From the IMG/VR virus record IMGVR_UViG_3300049492_000068, positions 1-35,812 of that record: DNA of 35,812 nucleotides; one strand, given 5' to 3'. Every line of letters starts with the position of its first letter. The first letter of the stretch is position 1. The position numbers and the translations under genes were made by a program. Under the pieces are notes generated by a model. That model was given only the letters and a program-made list of their open reading frames with translations. It was not told the DNA's origin and searched no databases. Positions 24,463 through 33,914 of this stretch are shown here, one piece after another. The DNA is from a virus (lineage: Duplodnaviria; Caudoviricetes).

Positions 24463-26686
24463 CGCGACGATAAAAATTGACGTAGAAGTAAGCCCGCCCG
24501 ACCCGCTTGCCAGTTTAGTCAAGCAGACCAAGGACGCCGAGTCAGCGGCTGGGGGACTTGAATCCCAATTCGGAAAGGTCGGTAAGGCTCTGGCTGGCCT
24601 TGCGACACTCGGCGCACTGAAAGGTGCCTTTGATTTTGTTGTCGATGCCACAAGGCAATTTGAGGACCTCACGACACAGCTTCAGGGGTTCACGGGTTCC
24701 ACGGAATCAGCCGCCGCACAGCTGGAAGCCTTGTCAGGCATTCCCGGTCCTTCCCTTCCCGAGCTCGTCGCAGCTGACAAAGCCCTACTATCGTTTGGCG
24801 TATCAGCAAGCAAAACGGTTGGACAGCTGACTCAGCTGAATGACGTTGCGATCGGAAGCGGCGCAAAGATCGGGGACCTTGCTGAGATTTTTGGAAAGAT
24901 TCAGGAGGAAGGAAACCTCACCGCTGAAACTTTCAGTAAGCTATCGAAGCAAATTCCAGGCTTCGCTACAACCTTCGCCGAAGCTATCGGGGTTCCCCGC
25001 GCTGCATTCAAAGCACTGGCCGCCGATGGGAAAATTTCAGCCGATCAGATAACTTCCGCACTTTCCAAAATCACAGGAGAGGGCGGGAAGTATTTTGAGC
25101 AAGCGGCTAAGCAAAGCCAGACGCTAAGCGGCGCACTTGATGAACTGTCAGACGCCGCCACAGCTTTCGGTGCTTCCCTCGGATCAAGTGCAGTTCCAGG
25201 ACTGGCTTCCCTGATCAATCTCACAACCAAAGCGATTGAAGGGAACCGTCAACTCAACCTTGAGCAACAGAAAATTGCGAACGAAAATGAGTCGCAAAAA
25301 AGAATCAGGGCGATAGGCGCTGAGGTTGAGGCACTCAATGAAAAATTAAAGGACCTTCAGGACCAGCAAAAAGGCGGGTTCTCATTTTTCGGTGATGACG
25401 CCCTCAAGGTCGCTTCAGATATCGACGTTGTTACGACGTCCATTAGATCGCTCGGACTTGAGCGGCTGAAACTTCTGAAGGTGGAAGGAACCGCCGACCT
25501 AGCAAAGCAGGTTGAAGCTGAGAACAAGCTGGCAGAGGCAGCACAGCAAAAAGCCGACGATGACAAGCTTGCAAAACGCCTTGAGGCACAGAAAAAACAA
25601 GAGGACCTCGACAATCAGGCAGCTGCAAGCCGTGCCCAAAAAATTCAAGAATCCGAAGCGGCCATTACGCAAATCGGTTTGCAAGAAGAGGCAGTCAGGC
25701 AGGCGATACGGGCCGAGCAAAACACGACAAACAATCAGCTAGCCCTCGACGCCCTGAACACGCGTGAAGCTGAATTGACATCGGCAAGGCTGACAGCTGA
25801 AGCAACGCGCGCCGAACTCCTTTTGCAGTTTGACGATGCTGAAAAACTTCGCGCCCAAGACAAGCAAAACAAACTTACCGAAATCACTAATGCCGGGGAA
25901 GCTAAACGAAAAGCTGAAATCAAAAAAGCCAAGGACGATGAATTTAACATCACTAAGGCGAATACCGAAGCGGTCAAAAAGTTTGAAGAGCAAACATACA
26001 CCCAGCGTGTTGACACGGCTAGGACAGGGCTTTCCGCAATCGCTGCACTTCAAAAGTCTGGAAGCCGGGACGCTTTCAACATAGGAAAACGTGCAGCCCA
26101 AGCGCAAGTCCTCCTCGATATTCCGAAAGCGGCCTTCGCTGCATACACGTCCTTGATCGGTACTCCTTTCATAGGACCTATCATTGCTCCACTCGCTGCA
26201 GCGGCGGCTGTGTTCGCTGGCCAGCAACAACTGAGGCAAATCGAATCAGCCCAACCTCCCGGCTTTGCCGAGGGTGGACTGGTTCCGGGCGTTGGAAACA
26301 AAGACACGGTCCCAGCCCTTCTCACACCTGGGGAAGTTGTTGTCCCAAAGAAAAACTACGCGGACCTCTCATCAGATATGGTTCGCGGAGCAATTGCGGA
26401 CGATCAGGTCATCCTCCTGCAGCAAGGGAACGCGATCAGTTCAAAGATTTTGGATCAGCTGACAATCGGCGTTATCAATGAAAAGCTGACGATAATGGTC
26501 AAACTTTTGGACGATGTAGTCAGTGGTCTGGACAAGGTCGCACTTGCAGCGGCGTCCTCGAATACGCCTGAAGCGGTCGCGCCGGTCATAGCTGAGATTG
26601 AGCAAAACAAACCGAGCGGCTATGGCGAGGAGAAGAGAACATCCAGAGGCCCGGTCGTTAGAACCGCTCCACAGCAAACAAGGTAA
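24455..26686 (+). CDS. tape measure protein
   Basis: GTG start (MADATIKIDV) after AGGAAAGG. Tape-measure N-domain, long Ala/Glu/Lys helices, and the FAEGGLVPG...DTVPALLTPGEVVV motif. Confidence 0.92.
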   Translation: MADATIKIDVEVSPPDPLASLVKQTKDAESAAGGLESQFGKVGKALAGLATLGALKGAFDFVVDATRQFEDLTTQLQGFTGSTESAAAQLEALSGIPGPSLPELVAADKALLSFGVSASKTVGQLTQLNDVAIGSGAKIGDLAEIFGKIQEEGNLTAETFSKLSKQIPGFATTFAEAIGVPRAAFKALAADGKISADQITSALSKITGEGGKYFEQAAKQSQTLSGALDELSDAATAFGASLGSSAVPGLASLINLTTKAIEGNRQLNLEQQKIANENESQKRIRAIGAEVEALNEKLKDLQDQQKGGFSFFGDDALKVASDIDVVTTSIRSLGLERLKLLKVEGTADLAKQVEAENKLAEAAQQKADDDKLAKRLEAQKKQEDLDNQAAASRAQKIQESEAAITQIGLQEEAVRQAIRAEQNTTNNQLALDALNTREAELTSARLTAEATRAELLLQFDDAEKLRAQDKQNKLTEITNAGEAKRKAEIKKAKDDEFNITKANTEAVKKFEEQTYTQRVDTARTGLSAIAALQKSGSRDAFNIGKRAAQAQVLLDIPKAAFAAYTSLIGTPFIGPIIAPLAAAAAVFAGQQQLRQIESAQPPGFAEGGLVPGVGNKDTVPALLTPGEVVVPKKNYADLSSDMVRGAIADDQVILLQQGNAISSKILDQLTIGVINEKLTIMVKLLDDVVSGLDKVALAAASSNTPEAVAPVIAEIEQNKPSGYGEEKRTSRGPVVRTAPQQTR

Positions 26687-26695
26687 GGGCGACAA

Positions 26696-27505
26696 ATGAG
26701 CAATATCAGACTTCGGCGCAACGCCCGTATCTGCGACAACAATCACCTCGACTCTTCAGTCATTACAGCGCCTGAAGAGGTCGCCTTTCCATTCTCCAAT
26801 GCTCTTAACTTTCGCTCACGCGGGAAGGTATGGAAGCCGGGCGTCAAAACTCTCACGATTGAAATTGATATGCAGTCGAACAAGGAGTGCAGTTTCATCG
26901 CGATCTTTGGGGAATCGAACAAGTATCTCACGCTAAGCAATGAGGCAGTCATCACCGTCAAGGCCAATATGATCGATCTGTTCACAGGCGGCGAACCTTT
27001 CACCGTAACTGTCCCAGTGACCGACCTCGGCGCTTTTATGGACCTTACAGACGATGACAATCCCTATGGCCAATCATACCGATACTGGCAGGTATCAATC
27101 GAGGATTCACTGAATCCAAACGATATCGAAATCAGCGCGATATTTTTGGGTGACCATATTGATTTTCAATTCAATGCAAAACAGCAATTCACGTTCGATA
27201 GGCAGGACCTTTCAAGGAAGGCGACAAGTGACAGCGGAGTGGTTTACACGGTTCGCAAAAACCAGTTCAACACCTTTACTGCTATGGGTTTTAGTTATAT
27301 TGGCACTGATGAGCGCCGAGCGCTTCAATCGTCGGTTGAAACGATAGGAGTGACCTCGCCTTTCGTGTTCGTACTCGACCCGCTGGAACTGGCTTTCGAA
27401 TATCAGTTCGGCACGGTGCTTTGTTATTTTCAGGATATTCCAAACTTCACCCAAGCCTATCTCAACAAATTCAACATAGCCTTTGCCCTGAGGGAGGTCG
27501 TCTAA
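26696..27505 (+). CDS. distal tail / tail tip protein
   Basis: Follows the tape measure gene; YRYWQV.I.D motif; ends LREVV. Confidence 0.65.
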   Translation: MSNIRLRRNARICDNNHLDSSVITAPEEVAFPFSNALNFRSRGKVWKPGVKTLTIEIDMQSNKECSFIAIFGESNKYLTLSNEAVITVKANMIDLFTGGEPFTVTVPVTDLGAFMDLTDDDNPYGQSYRYWQVSIEDSLNPNDIEISAIFLGDHIDFQFNAKQQFTFDRQDLSRKATSDSGVVYTVRKNQFNTFTAMGFSYIGTDERRALQSSVETIGVTSPFVFVLDPLELAFEYQFGTVLCYFQDIPNFTQAYLNKFNIAFALREVV

Positions 27506-27975
27506 TGGCTTTTCGGCAATACCCTGACAGCATAGCGGCGGTGCTTTCTACCGGGTCTCCCTACACGATTGACCTCGGAACGGCAACGCCTGACGTCAAT
27601 CAGCAATTGGAATTCTATGGCCTTCAGATATTCAAAAGGGGACTTCAGCCGACAGTCAGGATGCGGATCAATGCCTACGTCTCAGACGTCCTCCAAGGAG
27701 TCAGTCAGGACGTGACGTGCCATGCGATCGAGACAGCATACCCAGCGACCGATAACTTTTACGGTTGGGTTCGCTTCGAATTTTCCCCAAGGTTCAACTT
27801 CAATTCGGCGCTTCCAACTCGTTTTGAACTCGAGCTCGAGAACTACACCTATGCGGCTGATGACTCTCTATTCATCGCTGCAATCTTAGATTGGCCTGTG
27901 ACTATGGCATACAACGCAAGCCCTGGAAGTGTAAACGCCGCGCCCATGGCCTTTGAACTCTATGGAGCGATCTAA
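27505..27975 (+). CDS. minor tail protein
   Basis: TAATG-coupled start MAFRQY with a GGAGG RBS. Confidence 0.6.
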   Translation: MAFRQYPDSIAAVLSTGSPYTIDLGTATPDVNQQLEFYGLQIFKRGLQPTVRMRINAYVSDVLQGVSQDVTCHAIETAYPATDNFYGWVRFEFSPRFNFNSALPTRFELELENYTYAADDSLFIAAILDWPVTMAYNASPGSVNAAPMAFELYGAI

Positions 27976-29906
27976 TGACTCAAAAGGTCACGGTGACTCC
28001 CTTAGCCGATATCACCTCGATCATGAGCGGAACCACTGCAACATGGGCATGGGAAGTCGAGACCGTTTACGTATCGGGCGTTTCAACTGCCTTCACATGG
28101 ACCAATGGTGCCCTATCAATTCCGTCCTATAGTACCGGAACTGTACTGGTCGAATTCACCCTGTACATGCTCTATGACCTTCCAAGCCAATACCTCCCAA
28201 AGGACCCAACGGACCCGATGAGTGATTTGGTATTCTGGGAAAATAGGCTATCGGCTTTCATCAGCTATGCAACGTCAATTCGATCATTTGAAACTGGCCT
28301 GACTGATATCTCGATAGGAAACATATCGATCCAAATCGATGACGATTGGCTTCCCCTGATTCAGCAAGTTTTGATATTCGCGAACCGCGTTGTTCGTATC
28401 TATCGCGATGACGTTATCACCTTCAAAGGCATATCGACGCAAAGCAGTGTCGCCGGCTATGTGATTCGGATAAACGTCCAAAAAAGAATCACAATCCTCG
28501 ATAGCGAATGCAATTGGGGAGACCCGGACTATCTGAACCGGATCGACCGAAGCAGCACGAACGGCTATTACACGGGCGCGAATATCCCTGAAGAGTACGA
28601 CGGCATGGCGATCCCTATGGTGTTCGGGGACCTGACTCCATACGAAATCATAAAAGATTCCGAGGTCAATCTTGGGGTTGTTAACCCTGGCCTGTTTGTT
28701 CCACCACTGGCATCGACAAAACCAGCGCGAAGGCTCAATACTTCTCAGACTTGCCTTAGAGTGATTCCAACCAGCGCGACTGGGGGAATCTTAGGCAGAA
28801 TGCCAAACTTTCAGTCAATTTCATCCGTTCCGATATCGGTGACCATGACCGGACGCGGTGCGCCTACGTTCTCCAATGCAGCACAGGCGAACAATGCAGT
28901 TATAACTGGTTCAATGATACCCGGCGAAGTCGCGACAATGAACCGCGTTGCACCGGCTTCGATTGCAGGCGTCCGCTATTATAACTTCTCAGGAACCACT
29001 GGAAGCTTTTTGCTCGGAGTCGAGGAGGTGCCTCCAATCGCCTTTGCTCTCTATGATACCCTTCAGGACTGCAATGAAAACATTCACTGCTTTCCAAGCG
29101 AAATTCCTGGAACCACTTGGACTGGCGCGGCTGTGCTCTCTGGTACTTTCACTCCAGCCGGTCATCGATGGCTTACGGTGAGCGGCCTGACAGGAATCGA
29201 CCTTACGACAACTGAGCTCTACATGGTCATCACAAGCGTGGCAGGCGCGGTCACAGCCGCCGAGGTCCTTCAGTTCGCGCTTGAGGTCCATGGTTTTACG
29301 GTTGACGCCGCTTCGTTTGCCCAAAGAGCAATCGACTTTCCTTTTACAACGTATCAGCAAGCCGGATTCGGGCAGAGGATTCCCACCTTGGGGGAATTCA
29401 TTTCGGAAATAAACCGTTCACTCATGATGGTTTTGGTATTCCCTGCAAGCAATGATGAGCCATACCTGATCTACATCAATCCAAATCAGGCATCGACTCA
29501 GACAATCAGCGAGTATCAAATTGCAGGCCTTAGCTGGTCATCGGAATATCGGGATCAAGCGAAGCGGGTCATATTCAGGCCTAAATATAATCTTTCGGAC
29601 GCGGCTAAGACGTACCTCTACGCTGATCGGATTGCCTCGAGGTCGGCACTACTCGGGAGCGAAAAGACGCTTGAGATTTATCACGTCCTCGACAACTTCA
29701 CCGACCGCTTTGAGGAGGTCACTGAAATCTACGGAAGCCCTACAACAACGGTTTCCTTCACTCTCCTCGACGATGAAGTCCTTTTAGAACTTGCCGACAT
29801 GGTGACTATCGACCATCCTCAATTTCAGAATAAAATACTCATCACAAAAATAGACATTTTGCCGATTGGGCGAAACATCCAGGGAAGGTATCTCTATGTC
29901 AACTAA
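27975..29906 (+). CDS. tail tip hub / central tail protein
   Basis: 643 aa; G.AIPMVFG motif and C-terminal LELADMVTI.HP. Confidence 0.65.
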   Translation: MTQKVTVTPLADITSIMSGTTATWAWEVETVYVSGVSTAFTWTNGALSIPSYSTGTVLVEFTLYMLYDLPSQYLPKDPTDPMSDLVFWENRLSAFISYATSIRSFETGLTDISIGNISIQIDDDWLPLIQQVLIFANRVVRIYRDDVITFKGISTQSSVAGYVIRINVQKRITILDSECNWGDPDYLNRIDRSSTNGYYTGANIPEEYDGMAIPMVFGDLTPYEIIKDSEVNLGVVNPGLFVPPLASTKPARRLNTSQTCLRVIPTSATGGILGRMPNFQSISSVPISVTMTGRGAPTFSNAAQANNAVITGSMIPGEVATMNRVAPASIAGVRYYNFSGTTGSFLLGVEEVPPIAFALYDTLQDCNENIHCFPSEIPGTTWTGAAVLSGTFTPAGHRWLTVSGLTGIDLTTTELYMVITSVAGAVTAAEVLQFALEVHGFTVDAASFAQRAIDFPFTTYQQAGFGQRIPTLGEFISEINRSLMMVLVFPASNDEPYLIYINPNQASTQTISEYQIAGLSWSSEYRDQAKRVIFRPKYNLSDAAKTYLYADRIASRSALLGSEKTLEIYHVLDNFTDRFEEVTEIYGSPTTTVSFTLLDDEVLLELADMVTIDHPQFQNKILITKIDILPIGRNIQGRYLYVN

Positions 29907-31713
29907 GACGCGGAACCTGTCAAACATCGACGGCGCGAACGTCACGAATCCTGATGCAAATCAGTTTACAACCAATGGCCTTGAGGCCTTTGCAAATGAC
30001 GCCGCCTTCGAAGCCCAATACACGCCTGTGGCTGGTTCGATCTATTGGAATACCACTGAGAAGTGCCTGAGGGAATACAACGGGACCGCGTGGCAGTACG
30101 ATAAAACGCTGTTTTCCGTTCAAACCGACGCGGCCACAACGGGTTCAAACCAGGATATTAGCCCGAACACGGTTGACCAAGTGATTCGATTCACAGTGGG
30201 CAATACGCTGGTCTCAGTGCGATCGATTTCGCCGACCAACCAAAAGCTTGTCTATCTGATCAATGATCAAAGCACCCAGTTTTTGACCGTTGTGAATCAA
30301 TCGGCGGGCGCGACAGCTGCGAACCGGATTATAACGGGGACAAACACCGACCTTGCAATTGAGCCTGGCCGAATCATAGGCCTGATTTATGATGAGGACG
30401 CGACACGCTGGCGGGTTATCAGTGGGGAAAAACCTACAGGACGCCTTGAAGTTTTCGCGAATGACGCCGCCTATGCAACGGCTCACCCTGGAACGCTGAC
30501 AGCGGGCGCGACCTACTGGAACTCCACGTCACTCCTGGTTCGGCAATACAACGGCTCGGCTTGGCAAAATGACAAAACCGCCTACACAACGCAAACAGAT
30601 GCGGCTACTACGGGCGCGAACCAGGATATAACGCCGGGCGTTGACCAGCTGATTCGGTTCACTCAAGGCTCACTGACTTCGATTCGGTCGATTAGCCCAG
30701 CAACGCAATCGGTCATCAGTTTCATAAACGGCCAGGCTTCCCAAAATATAACGATTGTCAATGAATCGGCGGGCGCGACGGCGGCCAACAGGATTGTCAC
30801 CGGGACAAACACAGACTTCACCCTCAAACCGGGCGCGGCGGTCGGCTTTGTTTATGACTCAGCTGGTTCGCGTTGGAGACTTTCAAGCGGCGGCGGCGGC
30901 GGGGGACTTCAGCCCGTAGTCAAGACTGCAAGCTTCACGGCTGAGGCTGGCAACAATTACTTGACCGACACAACTAGCGGAGCAATCGCGGTCACCCTTC
31001 CAGCCGGAGCGGACGGGTCAACCCTTCGCTTTGTCGATGCAACGGAAAAATGGGGAACCAACAATCTCACCCTGACACCCGCAAGCGGGCAAACAATCGA
31101 CATGCTGGCAGCTGATGAAGTCCTGACTTGCGATGTGACTCGCGGCTGGGTCGAACTCAGCTGGGACGGTACTCGGTGGGCTTTCAGTTCCCTTGCATCG
31201 ACAACCGTGGGGGAAGCTTCGGCAAGTGCGCCGGGGATTGTGAGCACAGGCACCCAGAGTTTTGCGGGGAACAAAGTTTTTGTCGATGGTTTGAAACTTG
31301 ACGATGCGGTCGGACAGACAACTTTGAACTATTATGCTGAGGACGATACAACTCTCGCTTCCTGTACATTTCAAGGTAATTCAGGCGGTTCAGCTTCAGC
31401 TGGCGTAGCCATTAAGATTACAAGGATAGGTAGGATTATTACTTTAGATTTCCCGTCTTTCAATGCAGTCGTTCCAACAACAGCTTCAGTTGCGCTTTTT
31501 TCCAATACTAATTTGCCAACATGGGCAAGGCCTTCATCAGCAAAATCAATTCTTTCAATCGTATATAATAATGGCGCTTACGTAACTACCCCAGGTTATT
31601 TATTTATAAATACAACTGGCAGGTTAGAGTTTTATCGAGATATTGCCAGTACAGCCTACACAAACTCAGCCAATGCAGGCTGGTATCACACACAAATTAC
31701 ATACACAGTCTGA
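29896..31713 (+). CDS. tail fibre with a tandem domain duplication
   Basis: Start MSTKTR. Two ~155-aa repeats, a Gly6 linker, a fibre-type DT.SGA..VTLPA domain, and an AT-richer C-terminal tip. Confidence 0.75.
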   Translation: MSTKTRNLSNIDGANVTNPDANQFTTNGLEAFANDAAFEAQYTPVAGSIYWNTTEKCLREYNGTAWQYDKTLFSVQTDAATTGSNQDISPNTVDQVIRFTVGNTLVSVRSISPTNQKLVYLINDQSTQFLTVVNQSAGATAANRIITGTNTDLAIEPGRIIGLIYDEDATRWRVISGEKPTGRLEVFANDAAYATAHPGTLTAGATYWNSTSLLVRQYNGSAWQNDKTAYTTQTDAATTGANQDITPGVDQLIRFTQGSLTSIRSISPATQSVISFINGQASQNITIVNESAGATAANRIVTGTNTDFTLKPGAAVGFVYDSAGSRWRLSSGGGGGGLQPVVKTASFTAEAGNNYLTDTTSGAIAVTLPAGADGSTLRFVDATEKWGTNNLTLTPASGQTIDMLAADEVLTCDVTRGWVELSWDGTRWAFSSLASTTVGEASASAPGIVSTGTQSFAGNKVFVDGLKLDDAVGQTTLNYYAEDDTTLASCTFQGNSGGSASAGVAIKITRIGRIITLDFPSFNAVVPTTASVALFSNTNLPTWARPSSAKSILSIVYNNGAYVTTPGYLFINTTGRLEFYRDIASTAYTNSANAGWYHTQITYTV

Positions 31714-31730
31714 AAATAAAGGGAAAAACC

Positions 31731-33674
31731 TTGGCACTTTTATCGACAAAAACCGGCTTACCTTCCTTCGCTGCAGCGGACAACGCGATCATAAATTATT
31801 TCACGGACGGCGGCTTCGAACGCGGTTCCAACGGCGTGATACCAACCGGATGGGCTCAATATAACGATGGAGCGAGTGCAACGCCGGTTGACGGGACAGG
31901 CGGCTCTGCAGTCGCGCAAGTCACCATGCTATGCACAACTTCAAGTCCGATCAGGGGAACGCTATCGGCTGTTATATCGAAGGATGCAAACAACAGGCAG
32001 GGCGTTGGGTATTCATTTCCTTTCACGATCAGCAACGCGGACAAGGGAATAACGGCTGGCGTTAACTTTGAACTGCTTACAAGTGCGAACTATGTTAGCG
32101 GGGACATGGTTTTTTATATTTATGACGCGACGAATTCAGTGCTCATTACACCTCGCTCCGTTTCGCTTCCAGCGCTTCCAAGCTATGGAAAGTTCTTCAG
32201 TGACTACGGCCTTACAGCTGGCACAAGTTATCGTTTCATCCTGCACATCGCGACAACTTCGGCGCTGGCTTACACCGTGACCTTGGATACCATGGTAAAT
32301 ACGACAACGAGAGTCGCGGTTCCAGGGTCGGTTGTTGCAGAATTTACTTATACTACAACCGGAATAACATCTTCTGGCGGCGGCGCTGTTACCGCTGGAA
32401 CAGGCGGTAGTACGACTGACGTTCTAAGATGGAGAAAAGTTGGAAGCTCCATTGAAATGCTTTTCTCTTTTTACTGGGGAACGGCTGGAACGTCTTTTGG
32501 GACAGGTACATATTATAAATTCAATTTGCCAAATGGCCTTAATTTAGTCACAACAGGCTTATCTTCACAGGCTCTAGGATTAGCTAGGCTATATGACTCA
32601 AGTGCAGCTACTTTCGTCGATGCCGTAGTCACTTGGAACGGAGTTGGAAGTACATTCTTGGTTCTGTCTCCATTGGATGGAAGCAACATAGATATTGGTC
32701 CAACGTCTCCATTCACTTTTGCGAACGGTGACGCCATGAGCGCACTAGTCACTGTTCCAGTGGCCGAGTGGGTTGGTTCCGGTTCCAACTTCGGACCGGG
32801 CGCGAGTGTTGAATACCTTTCCAGTTCATTTTCATCTTTTTCGGCTGTAAGAGATGCAGGTGGTACATTAGTTCCGACAACGACACCTGCCGGTGTCATC
32901 GAAACAATTTCTTGCGGTACACAGCCATGGCAAAATGCTATGCAGGCTTCCGATTCTGTGAGAATTGAAATGCAGGCAGGCGGTGGCACAAATCCATGGC
33001 TTCCAATCAATGGTGCCGAGATCGAACAACTTAGATTTGACGGTACTAACTACATCGGACTTGGCCTTTATTTCGACGGTACTAACTGGCGTTTTGCTCG
33101 CGGGAAATACATGCAGGGAACCGCCACACTTTGGAGTGGACTAACTGCAGGAACTAGATTCAGAGGCGTAAAAGCCCGTCCAGACGCCCCCGTCGGCCAA
33201 GTCCTGGCATCGACAGACGGACGCGAGGGGCTTTATAAAGCGGGAAGTGCGCCGGGTTATGTTGGCGGCGCGATAACCACAGCGGGATATGTTGGGGAAG
33301 TATTAGGTACAATTGCAAGTGGTACAGGCGGTGCAATCTACCAAACTACAACTTCCACAAATATTGGAACAGGAGCGGCCAATATAGTGACGCTCACACT
33401 AAACAAAGGTACTTATTTAGTCTCTGGCCATACCGTATTTGTAGGACCAGCTGGAGGAGCAACTAACGTCGCACTTTCATGGAAAATAAATGGAACTCAG
33501 GTTTCAAACACTTGGACACAGCAAACCATCGGAGCCTCATCGGCTACAACTGTTCCTTTCGTGACGATACCGCTGGTTATCACTACAGACGCCACTCCGA
33601 TACAATTAAGTGCCGTAGCTGGCGCTGCAACAACTTCAACAAATAATTTTTTATTTGCCGTACGCATAGCCTAA
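31731..33674 (+). CDS. second tail fibre / receptor-binding protein
   Basis: TTG start after AAGGGA. N-terminal DGGFE...GW carbohydrate-binding-like segment; Gly/Thr-rich modules. Confidence 0.7.
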   Translation: MALLSTKTGLPSFAAADNAIINYFTDGGFERGSNGVIPTGWAQYNDGASATPVDGTGGSAVAQVTMLCTTSSPIRGTLSAVISKDANNRQGVGYSFPFTISNADKGITAGVNFELLTSANYVSGDMVFYIYDATNSVLITPRSVSLPALPSYGKFFSDYGLTAGTSYRFILHIATTSALAYTVTLDTMVNTTTRVAVPGSVVAEFTYTTTGITSSGGGAVTAGTGGSTTDVLRWRKVGSSIEMLFSFYWGTAGTSFGTGTYYKFNLPNGLNLVTTGLSSQALGLARLYDSSAATFVDAVVTWNGVGSTFLVLSPLDGSNIDIGPTSPFTFANGDAMSALVTVPVAEWVGSGSNFGPGASVEYLSSSFSSFSAVRDAGGTLVPTTTPAGVIETISCGTQPWQNAMQASDSVRIEMQAGGGTNPWLPINGAEIEQLRFDGTNYIGLGLYFDGTNWRFARGKYMQGTATLWSGLTAGTRFRGVKARPDAPVGQVLASTDGREGLYKAGSAPGYVGGAITTAGYVGEVLGTIASGTGGAIYQTTTSTNIGTGAANIVTLTLNKGTYLVSGHTVFVGPAGGATNVALSWKINGTQVSNTWTQQTIGASSATTVPFVTIPLVITTDATPIQLSAVAGAATTSTNNFLFAVRIA

Positions 33675-33684
33675 AAGGAACCTC

Positions 33685-33786
33685 ATGAAAAAGCCAAAAG
33701 TAGAAAAGCCAAAGGTAAAAGAATCGACTGAACCGAATCCGAAGGAAGGTAAAGAAAAAAACAGGTTTCCAAAAAAGAAAAAGTAA
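33685..33786 (+). CDS. small lysine-rich peptide (33 aa, MKKPKVEKPKVKESTEPNPKEGKEKNRFPKKKK)
   Basis: Read manually. AAGGAA RBS; 13 of 33 residues are Lys. Confidence 0.5.
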   Translation: MKKPKVEKPKVKESTEPNPKEGKEKNRFPKKKK

Positions 33787-33803
33787 TTTGATCAATACGA
33801 AAA

Positions 33804-33878
33804 AATCCCTGGCTTTCGCTGGGGATTCATTCCCTTCCATCCTTCCCCTTGCAAAGCTACTCCGATTCATTGGATAAT
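33804..33878 (+). promoter_or_regulatory. hairpin followed by a sigma70-like promoter upstream of the cytochrome genes
   Basis: Stem AATCCCTGGC-TTTC-GCTGGGGATT (33804-33827). TTGCAA (33849-33854), 18 bp spacer, GATAAT (33873-33878). Confidence 0.45.
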
Positions 33879-33914
33879 CGAAAGATTCTACTTCACATCA
33901 CCGTGGGTTTATTT

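Noticed and set aside
29896-33674. Diversity-generating retroelement or invertible fibre cassette
   Set aside because: No reverse transcriptase or invertase was seen. The internal repeat is an in-frame duplication within one gene, not a separate template/variable pair.
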